Made by a program: the position numbers and the translations under genes. The notes under the pieces were generated by a model. The model ran no database searches, was not told where the DNA came from, and saw only the letters and a list, made by a program, of their open reading frames with translations. Below, in pieces: positions 24,090 through 31,406 of a stretch of DNA of 32,000 bases. Position 1 is the first letter of the stretch. Each line of letters starts with the position of its first letter. The stretch is from Candidatus Saccharimonadota bacterium (lineage in GTDB: Bacteria; Bacillota_I; Bacilli_A; Mycoplasmatales; Hepatoplasmataceae): NCBI GenBank assembly GCA_027925225.1, contig AP027131.1, positions 600,001 to 632,000 on the forward strand, given 5' to 3'.

Positions 24090-24347
24090 TTATTTATTTT
24101 CTTCTTTTTTAAGAATTGATTTTATACAGATGTATAAATTTCAAAATGAAGCAATAAAAAAACCAAAATCAAAAAATATTATTGATGTAAATAATATTTT
24201 TAAAAAAACTATTTCTAAATTAGTTAATTCAAATCCAATAGGACGGTTAATTTTATACATAATATTACTTGCAATATAAATAAAAAGGAATGATAATCCT
24301 AAAAAAATTAAAAATCAAATAAAATTTTTTATATTAAATTTTTTCAT
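24090..24347 (-). CDS. array paralog 6: 85-aa two-TM protein
   Basis: Sequence MKKFNIKNFIWFLIFLGLSFLFIYIASNIMYKINRPIGFELTNLEIVFLKILFTSIIFFDFGFFIASFWNLYICIKSILKKEENK. Confidence 0.75.
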
Positions 24348-24404
24348 ATTTACTTATTCTCCTTATTTTAATTTTAAAAATTAAAATAATAAAAAATACT
24401 TAAA

Positions 24405-24433
24405 ATTGATAATTTTAAGTATTTATAAAAATT
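24405..24433 (-). terminator. inter-unit hairpin terminator (downstream of paralog 7)
   Basis: Perfect 13-bp arms with loop gat. Confidence 0.6.
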
Positions 24434-24442
24434 AAAATATAT

Positions 24443-24690
24443 TTATTTATTTTCTTCTCTTTTAAAAATTAATTTTACAAATTTATATAAATTTCAAAAT
24501 GAAGCTGTAAAAAAGCCAAGATCTAAAAGAATCCATGCTGAAAATAAAATTTTATAAAGCTTAATTTCAAAATCAGAATGAGTACCATGATTAATTTCGT
24601 TTTTTGTATTTACTGTAAAATATATAAAAATCATTCCTAAACCTAAAAAAATTAAAAATCAAATAAATTTTTTTATATTAAAGTTTTTCA
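24443..24690 (-). pseudogene. array paralog 7, frameshifted at an A5 tract (or phase-OFF copy)
   Basis: The span is 248 nt, not a multiple of 3. The N-terminus MKNFNIKKFIWFLIFLGLGMIFIYFTVNTK is in frame with the ATG. The family C-terminus EINHGTHSDFEIKLYKILFSAWILLDLGFFTASFWNLYKFVKLIFKREENK lies in another frame. Read as given, the ORF stops at TAG 24525-24523. Confidence 0.7.
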
Positions 24691-24782
24691 TATTTATCAC
24701 TACCTTTCTATTTAATTTTAGAAATTAAAATAAAATTTTTAAAAAAAATAAATAAGTTTTGATAATAAGATTTATATTTAGG

Positions 24783-24854
24783 TTAATTAAACAAAACTAA
24801 AAGAAAAAAGAAAAAATAATTAACATATAAAATAAATAATTTTTGTTTAATTAA
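24783..24854. promoter_or_regulatory. perfect 14-bp inverted repeat in the divergent control region between the array and the tail operon
   Basis: ttaattaaacaaaa (24783-24796) and ttttgtttaattaa (24841-24854) are exact reverse complements 44 nt apart. They lie inside the 197-bp intergenic region 24691-24887. Confidence 0.4.
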
Positions 24855-24887
24855 AAATGATTTTAAAACTAAAATAAAAGGAGAAAA

Positions 24888-26846
24888 ATGAAAATTTTTT
24901 TATTCAAAAATACAAAAATTAATAAAAATAGAACTATTCTTAATTTTATGGGAAACGAAAACTTAAATTCTTATTTAAAAAAAAATAATAAAAACTTTAA
25001 TTCAAATAATGATAAAAATTTCTTAGAAATTTCTGGCGAGGAAATAAAAAATGATTTTTTTAAAGAAAAATTTCAAATTTTAGATTTAGACAAAGATTTC
25101 TTAAACTATGATTTTGCAATTGTAAAGTCTTTTCCATATTCAAATGGAAAAGACTTTTATTTTTTTATAAAAAATATAAAAATAGTAAGTTCTAGTCAAA
25201 TTGAATTGTCTTTTGAATTTGACTTTATTTCAACTTGAAATATTTGAGAAATAATATTAATTAATGAAAAAATAGCTATTAAACAAGGACATTTAAAACA
25301 AGGAATTAATTTTGAATTAAATAAAAAAAAATTAGCAAAAAATGCTTTCTTTAGAAAAAAACAATTATTAAGTAAAAACCATAATTTAAAAACAATTTAT
25401 ATTCCAGAATCATTAATAAATAACAATGAAAAAAAAATGAAGGAAATTTTTAAATTTGATAAATGATTAATTTGTTTTATGGATTCTAATTTTGGAATGG
25501 GTGTAGATTTTAAAAATGTAATAAAAATAAGTGATCCAAATTCAAATGGAACTTTTGAATATAAATATAATATAATTGCTTTACCTTTCTCTGAAAATAA
25601 TGAAATTATGTTTAGAGGAAAATATACATCAAAAGAAAACATTATTACAGTTTCAAAAGATACAAAAATAAATGCATTTGAAATTTATAAAAATTTACAA
25701 GAAAATAAAACTTTTATTTATGGTTATTTAATAGATAGACTGCCCTTAAATAATATAAACTTTATTTCCGATGAAACAGGAAATTATATTACTGGAATTG
25801 ATATTTATGAAGTAAAAACTGATCCAAATAAGGATAATGGTGATGATAGTGATCAATATAATATTATTGTTCCAATAATTAAAGAAATTAGCTCAAATGT
25901 AAAAATAAATTATAAATCTTCACAAAAATTATTTAATTGAGAAGAAGCAGATAATAATTTTAAAAATGATAATGATTGAAAAAATATTATCTGAAAAAAA
26001 GAACAAGAAGCAATTTTAAATTTTGCTCCTTTTAAAAAATATGAAATAGGTATTTATACAGAAAATACAAACTCAGGATTTAAATTTGATTTAAACGATT
26101 TAATAAATTTAAATGTTCATGAAAATGATTATCTTAATATATTTGTAACTTTTGAACCGTATATTTTTGATACTGCTTTTGAATTAAAAGAAAGAGAAAA
26201 TACAGAAAATAATACTGATTATTATTATGGAGAAAGAATTTTTAAATTAAAACGTTCTATTGTAATTCCATATGAAAATTCAAAATGAATTGAAAATATG
26301 AAAAATAAAGAATTATCGGGATCTCAAAATTTTTTAACACCTGGGAAAAAAGCAGTTGGTTCTGTATTGTCTTCTCTAATTCCTGAAACTAAATTTTTAG
26401 ATTGAATGATACCTGGAGCAAAAATAGGAGCAAAATTATTTAAATCTATATTTGGGAAAGAAGACGAAAAAAGCGAAGAACCTGATTCAACCGCAAATAC
26501 AGGAACAGATTTAAATGTTGAAATATTAAGCAGTTATGATTTTAAAACTTTAAAAATAACAAAATATTTAGAAAGTGATGAAAATAAATTAGCATTTCAT
26601 ATTCATAAATATGGATATAACTTATTTGATGAACATTATTATCTGTCAGAAATACTTTTAGCAAGAACTAGATTTAATTTTATACAACTATCTGATTTTG
26701 AAACTGAAGAAATATTTAGTAATATACCTAATATTTATAAAAGTGAATATTTAGAAAGATTAAAATCTGGAATAACATTTTGAAATTTTATACAAGATGA
26801 ATTTGCTGATGTTTATGGAATAAATAAATTTATATTTAAATACTAA
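24888..26846 (+). CDS. phage tail knob / distal tail-tube protein, phi29 gp9-like
   Basis: RBS is AAAGGAGAAAA. The three track ORFs share one frame and are joined by 9 TGA=Trp, with the gaps checked, giving 652 aa. The N-domain YSNGKDFYFFIKNIKIVSSSQIELSFEFDFISTWNIW compares with remembered gp9 [35 protein letters not shown]. The C-terminus HKYGYNLF...RTRFNFIQ...SGITFWN compares with gp9 HKYGYKIN...RKAFNYVQ...NGITLWH. Confidence 0.7.
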
Positions 26847-26877
26847 TAATTAAAAAACATTAAAAGAGGTGAAAAAT

Positions 26878-27543
26878 ATGGCAATAAAAAATCCAGATGC
26901 AAAACAATTATCTTTAATTCAAATTTTAACTGATTATTTAATTACAATAGATGCAACTTTAGAAGGTGGAATAAATCAAGAAATAATAAATGAAAATAAT
27001 TTTACATCATTAAATCAAATAAAAACACTTGTTGAAACAGATACATATAATATATCAGCAAATGAAGCAAGTATTGGTACACTATCTAATCTTAATACTA
27101 CTGCAAATGCTGATTTAGTTCAATCTATAAACGAATTAAAAGATGCAATTAATATGATAAATGGTAAAGGAACTAGTTCTTATCCAGTTGGAACAATAGT
27201 AATAGCTCCAACTGCTCCTCAAATAGGAGGCTGAGAAAATTTAGGAGAAGTTTTAGAAGGACAAGCAATAATAGGCGGAACTTCAACCTATGGTTCAGTA
27301 ATGTCTCATACACACAATGTTGAATATAATGGTTCAGCAGATGATTATGAACATAAATATTGAGATATATGTGATAATATGAGTTCAGGAAATTATAGTA
27401 GAGGAAGCTCAAACAATAGTGGTAATTTATATGTTGATATAGCAAATAGATTACAAATTATTTCAACAGGAGGAAAAGAAAATATTCCATATGGAATAGG
27501 AATGGGATTAGGGCTTTATGTTTGAAAAAAAAATTCAAAATAA
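26878..27543 (+). CDS. tail-fibre / receptor-binding-like protein with tail-collar-type C-domain, paralog 1
   Basis: AGAGGTG lies 6 nt before ATG 26878. 221 aa with 3 TGA=Trp. Motifs seen: the fibre motif NADLVQSINELKDAI, the collar-like YPVGTIVIAPTAPQIGGWENLG and the H-x-H motif MSHTHNVEYNGSA. Confidence 0.65.
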
Positions 27544-27576
27544 TTTTATTTAAAATTAAAAAATAAAGGAGGAAAT

Positions 27577-28245
27577 ATGAATACAAAAAAAGGTAATTTA
27601 GATCAAGTAATTTTTGCTTCAATTTTAACAAATCAAGTTATACCAACAGATGCAGCTAGAGAAGGTGGAGAAAATCAAGAAATAATAAATGATAATAACT
27701 TTACATTGATAAACCAAGCAAATGAAAATATTAATAAAAACATATCAAATATTTCTATAAATACAAATAACATAGGTAATTTATCTAGTCTTAAAACTAA
27801 TATGAAATCAAATTTAGTAGATGCAATTAACGAGCTAAAAGATGAAATTGATTTAATAACAGGAGGAAATGGAACTACTCCTTATCCAATAGGAACAATA
27901 GTAATAGCTCCAACTGCTCCCGAAATAGGAAATTGAGAAGATTTAGGAGAAATCTTAGAAGGCCAAGCAATAATAGGTGGATCTTCATCTGATGGTTCAA
28001 TAATAGCACATACACATAATATTGAATATAATGGTTCAGCAGAGGGAATTAGTAACAAATTTTGAGATGAATCTGCAGATGATATGAGTGGAAATTATAG
28101 CAGAGGAGCTTCAGATAATGGTGATGGTAATTTTTATGCAGATATAGCAAGCAAATTAAAAATTACAACTACAGGAAATGATAAAAATAGAGCTTATGGA
28201 ATTGGACTAGGATTAGGGCTTCATCTTTGAAAAAGAATTAGTTAA
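27577..28245 (+). CDS. tail-fibre / receptor-binding-like protein, paralog 2
   Basis: RBS is AAAGGAGGAAAT. 222 aa, roughly 60% identical by eye to paralog 1. Motifs seen: SNLVDAINELKDEI, YPIGTIVIAPTAPEIGNWEDLG, AHTHNIEYNGSA. Confidence 0.65.
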
Positions 28246-28283
28246 TTAAAAGTAAAAATGACAATAAGAAATTAATATTTTTT

Positions 28284-28410
28284 ATGTTTCAAGAAACAAC
28301 AAAAAAATGAATTTTATATTTTAATAAATTTATTAATTGTATTTACTTTAATTACGTTAGGATTATTGTTTTTTATAACCATAATAGAACTACTAATATT
28401 TTTTGGATAA
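28284..28410 (+). pseudogene. possible frameshifted remnant duplicating the N-terminal TM of the downstream membrane protein
   Basis: The ATG-frame reads MFQETTKKWILYF.... The +1 frame reads ...LINLLIVFTLITLGLLFFITIIELLIFFG*. Together they mirror MKKEKKILYFLIALSIIFTLVILGLLGG of the next gene. No single intact frame exists. Confidence 0.25.
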
Positions 28411-28456
28411 TTAAAAAATAAATAAAATAAAGGAATTTAACAATAAAAAAATAAAA

Positions 28457-29131
28457 ATGAAAAAAGAAAAAAAGATACTTTATTTTTTAATAGCTTTATC
28501 AATTATATTCACCTTAGTAATATTGGGATTGTTGGGAGGAACTCTTGCAAACAATAATTCTTATGCTTATGATGAATTTAATAAATGAATGATGTGTAGA
28601 AATGCAATGTTTGCATTTACAGCACTAGCTTCTTTATCAATAATAGCATTAATAATATTTATTATATTTAAAAATACAAATCAAGAAAATAAATTGAAAA
28701 TTGAAAAAAAAGAAATAAATAAGAATGATAATTTAAATGAAATAAATGATAAAAATATAACAAAAAATGTAAATAACTTTAAAAAAGAAATTAAAAATGG
28801 AAAGAAAACTTATAAAAAAGGATTATTGTGTCTTTTATTTTTTGGCTTATTTCTTATATTAATACCAATAATGATTAATACTAAAAATACTATTAATGAT
28901 TTAAAAGATGATTTAAGATATTTATCTGATGTTGAATTATTAGTTCTAAAAAATCAAAGAATTTTACTTGTTTCATTAATTTTTATTGATGCTTTTTTTG
29001 CATTAATGTCTTTTAAATATTTTTATAATTCTTTAATTAATTTAAATATTTTAGGAAAAAATCTAGAAATAGAAGAAAAGAAAAAGAGAGAAAGAAACTT
29101 AGAAGAAGAAGAAATAAATTTTATCAATTAG
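28457..29131 (+). CDS. 224-aa four-TM membrane protein with charged central loop and Glu/Lys-rich C-tail (hypothetical)
   Basis: ATG 28457 is in frame with track ORF 28589-29131 through one TGA. There are four hydrophobic helices, and the tail reads EIEEKKKRERNLEEEEINFIN. Confidence 0.6.
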
Positions 29132-29132
29132 A

Positions 29133-29179
29133 TATATATAAAAAAAAGGAAGTTAAATTCTTCCTTTTTTTTATATATC
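29133..29179. terminator. bidirectional rho-independent terminator (about 20-bp stem)
   Basis: atatataaaaaaaaggaag (7-nt loop) cttccttttttttatatat. It lies between the convergent tail operon and the tRNA operon. Confidence 0.75.
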
Positions 29180-29230
29180 TAATTTACTATTTTAAAATTC
29201 CTTTTACATCTTTAAAATAAAATCTTAAAA

Positions 29231-29306
29231 TGGTGGTTCAGGACGGAATCGAACCGCCGACACAGGGTGCTTCAAACCCTTGCTCTACCGACTGAGCTAC
29301 TGAACC
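29231..29306 (-). tRNA. tRNA-Phe (GAA), CCA encoded
   Basis: Reverse complement is GGTTCAGTAGCTCAGTCGGTAGAGCAAGGGTTTGAAGCACCCT...GGTTCGATTCC...ACCA. Anticodon loop is TTGAAGC. Confidence 0.9.
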
Positions 29307-29311
29307 TTAAT

Positions 29312-29387
29312 TGGCGGTTCTGACGGGAATCGAACCCGCGATCTCCTCTGTGACAGAGAGGCGTGATAACCACTTCACTACAGAACC
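29312..29387 (-). tRNA. tRNA-Asp (GTC), CCA encoded
   Basis: Reverse complement begins GGTTCTGTAGTGAAGTGGTTATCAC. Anticodon arm is CCTCT-CTGTCAC-AGAGG. T-arm is GGTTCGATTCC. Confidence 0.9.
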
Positions 29388-29389
29388 AT

Positions 29390-29466
<77 letters not shown>

Positions 29467-29480
29467 ATATTATTTTAAAA

Positions 29481-29573
29481 TGGCGGAGATGGAGGGATTC
29501 GAACCCCCGCGCAGCTTTCACCACCTGGTAGTTTTCAAGACTACTCCCTTCAGCCAGACTTGGGTACATCTCC
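29481..29573 (-). tRNA. tRNA-Ser (TGA), class II, CCA encoded
   Basis: 93 nt with a long variable arm. Anticodon arm is GTAGT-CTTGAAA-ACTAC. Discriminator is G. Confidence 0.9.
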
Positions 29574-29596
29574 AAAGCCATTTTAAAATGTTTGAT

Positions 29597-29673
29597 TGGT
29601 GGTCCGTGCTGGACTCGAACCAGCGACCAACCGGTTATGAGCCGGTGGCTCTAACCAACTGAGCTAACGGACC
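29597..29673 (-). tRNA. tRNA with CAT anticodon, probable tRNA-Ile2 (lysidine type)
   Basis: Anticodon loop is CTCATAA. The body GGTCCGTTAGCTCAGTTGGTTAGAGC resembles Firmicute tRNA-Ile(CAU). Its position in the conserved order Met-Ile-Ser-fMet-Asp-Phe supports this call. Confidence 0.7.
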
Positions 29674-29697
29674 ATACAATACAAATTAATTAATTGT

Positions 29698-29774
29698 TGG
29701 TAGCGAGAGAGGGATTTGAACCCACGACCTATCGGATATGAACCGAGCGCTCTAACCAACTGAGCTACCTCGCC
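29698..29774 (-). tRNA. elongator tRNA-Met (CAT), CCA encoded
   Basis: Anticodon loop is TTCATAT and the acceptor stem GGCGAGG is fully paired. Confidence 0.8.
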
Positions 29775-29775
29775 A

Positions 29776-29851
29776 TGGTGGAGCGGATGAGATTCGAACT
29801 CACGACCTCCTATGTGCAAGACAGGTGCTCTACCAACTAAGCTACCGCCCC
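29776..29851 (-). tRNA. tRNA-Ala (TGC), CCA encoded
   Basis: Acceptor stem GGGGCGG carries the G3:U70 identity pair. Anticodon loop is CTTGCAC. Confidence 0.9.
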
Positions 29852-29852
29852 A

Positions 29853-29929
29853 TGGTCGGGAAGACAAGACTTGAACTTGCGACCCTTGCGTCCCAAACGC
29901 AATGCTCTGCCAAACTGAGCTACTTCCCG
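29853..29929 (-). tRNA. tRNA-Pro (TGG), CCA encoded
   Basis: Anticodon arm is TTGCG-TTTGGGA-CGCAA. Acceptor stem is CGGGAAG. Confidence 0.9.
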
Positions 29930-29963
29930 AAGAGAGATTTTTTTAAATTTATCCTATAAAATT

Positions 29964-30040
<77 letters not shown>

Positions 30041-30041
30041 A

Positions 30042-30126
30042 TGGTGCGGGTGGAGGGACTCGAACCCTCACGTCTCTCGACACTAGATCCTAAGTCTAGC
30101 GTGTCTGCCAATTCCACCACACCCGC
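30042..30126 (-). tRNA. tRNA-Leu (TAG), class II, CCA encoded
   Basis: 85 nt with a long variable arm. Anticodon arm is CTAGA-CTTAGGA-TCTAG. Confidence 0.9.
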
Positions 30127-30129
30127 ACA

Positions 30130-30206
30130 TGGTGCCGTTGATAGGAATCGAACCTACGACCTACTGATTACAAGTCAGTTGCTCTGGCCTGCTGAGCTAC
30201 AACGGC
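30130..30206 (-). tRNA. tRNA-Thr (TGT), CCA encoded
   Basis: Anticodon arm is ACTGA-CTTGTAA-TCAGT. Confidence 0.9.
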
Positions 30207-30220
30207 TTGGGTTGTAAGAT

Positions 30221-30296
30221 TGGTGGGGCATATAGGACTTGAACCTATGACCTCCTGCTTGTAAGGCAGATGCTCTCCCAACTGAGCTAATACCCC
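30221..30296 (-). tRNA. tRNA-Val (TAC), CCA encoded
   Basis: Anticodon arm is TCTGC-CTTACAA-GCAGG. Confidence 0.9.
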
Positions 30297-30301
30297 TTTA
30301 T

Positions 30302-30377
30302 TGGTGACCCATACGGGACTCGAACCCGTGAATGCTAGGATGAAAACCTAGTGTGTTAACCTCTTCACCAATGGGCC
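30302..30377 (-). tRNA. tRNA-Glu (TTC), CCA encoded
   Basis: Anticodon arm is CTAGG-TTTTCAT-CCTAG. Confidence 0.9.
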
Positions 30378-30383
30378 AAAAAA

Positions 30384-30458
30384 TGGCGCTCCGGAGAGGA
30401 TTCGAACCTCCGACCAACTGGTTAACAGCCAGCTGCTCTACCGCTGAGCTACCAGAGC
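30384..30458 (-). tRNA. tRNA-Asn (GTT), CCA encoded
   Basis: Anticodon arm is GCTGG-CTGTTAA-CCAGT. Discriminator is G. Confidence 0.9.
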
Positions 30459-30488
30459 AATGTGTCTTTTAAAATTCTATACCCTTAT

Positions 30489-30497
30489 ATTATAGCA
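30489..30497 (-). promoter_or_regulatory. extended -10 promoter element (TGCTATAAT) of the tRNA operon
   Basis: The minus strand reads TTTTTTGCTATAATATAAGG about 30 nt upstream of the tRNA-Asn 5' end. The -35 element is not confidently placed. Confidence 0.5.
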
Positions 30498-30671
30498 AAA
30501 AAGAACCCTATTATTATACTTCAAGCATAATCAAAGATGTACAATGAATATTAAAATGTATTAATTATCTTATTACTTCCTATGAATAATGATAGTTTAT
30601 TATAATAAAAAAAATCTAAAAAATTAAAAAAAATATATTTTTGTTATTATCTTTATAATAAGAGTTTAATA

Positions 30672-31364
30672 ATGAAATTCATAGGTAAAAAAGAAATGAA
30701 AAAGAAAAATATAGCAATCTTTGGTGCCGGTAGATTTAGTAGTTTTCTTATACAACAACTTTCTAGATTTCCACGTTATAAAATTACATTGATAGAAAAA
30801 GATGAAATAAAAGCTAGAGCATTATCTGATCATGTAGAAGAAACATATATAGGCGATGCAACAGATGAAGCTTTTTTAACAAAATTACATTTAAAAAACA
30901 TTGATATATTTGTAGTTGGAATTGGAGACAATATTCAAAACTCTATTTTGATTTGTTCAATTTTACAAGAAAAATATACTGGTTTAATAATTGCAAAAGC
31001 AGTAGATCTTAGACATGAAGAAGTATTAAGAAAGATAGGAATAAAAGAAGTAATAAATTTACAAACAAACGCTGCTAGAGTAGCTCTTTTAAAAATAATT
31101 AATCCTATTTTAGGAAGTATTGATAGAAAAAATTTAATTGAATTAGATGAAGAAATTTCATTTTTACGTACAGGAATAAGTGAGAAATGAAAAAATAGAA
31201 CAGTTCAAGAAATTAATCTTCCTCAAACCATTTCTATTGTTCTAGTACAAAGAGATAAAAAAAATCTAATTGTATCCGGACATACAATTATAAAAGAAGA
31301 AGATAATCTAATCATTTTAGGAAGAAATGAAGAATTAAATAAATTAATAAAAGATTACTTCTAA
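30672..31364 (+). CDS. ktrA: K+ uptake system peripheral NAD-binding (RCK) subunit KtrA/TrkA
   Basis: 230 aa through one TGA. Rossmann motif IAIFGAGRFS is present, with RCK_N followed by an RCK_C-like C-terminus (ISIVLVQRD...IKEEDNLIILG). Confidence 0.8.
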
Positions 31365-31406
31365 TAATTAAATAGTTTTATAATAAACTTAATTTTAATT
31401 TTCAAA

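Larger units (their letters stand above)
22341..24735 (-). repeat. tandem array of seven gene-plus-terminator units of about 343-359 bp (paralogous small two-TM proteins)
   Basis: Start codons lie at 22583, 22927, 23286, 23645, 23995, 24347 and 24690. The roughly 100-bp inter-unit segment (RBS, A/T-rich spacer, hairpin) and both coding ends are near-identical between units, while the coding centres diverge. Confidence 0.9.

Noticed and set aside
22341-24735. Regularly spaced repeats that could be mistaken for a CRISPR array
   Set aside because: The period is about 350 bp rather than 60-75 bp. The 'spacers' are the variable middles of protein-coding units with RBS, start and stop. No cas genes are present.
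25397-25642. Minus-strand 81-aa ORF inside the tail-knob gene, and the minus-strand ORF 27173-27445 inside fibre gene 1
   Set aside because: Both are antisense to long, RBS-led, homology-supported plus-strand genes and have low-complexity composition.
22261-29230. Conventional integrated prophage next to tRNA-Phe
   Set aside because: No integrase, repressor, capsid, portal or terminase is present. By eye there is no direct repeat of the tRNA-Phe 3' end at the left boundary. Only tail-type genes are present, so it is reported as an atypical island instead.
29930-29963. Internal promoter in the Arg/Pro tRNA spacer
   Set aside because: It has only weak A/T-rich -10-like strings (TAAATT), indistinguishable from background composition. 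It is kept only as a note under the tRNA finding.
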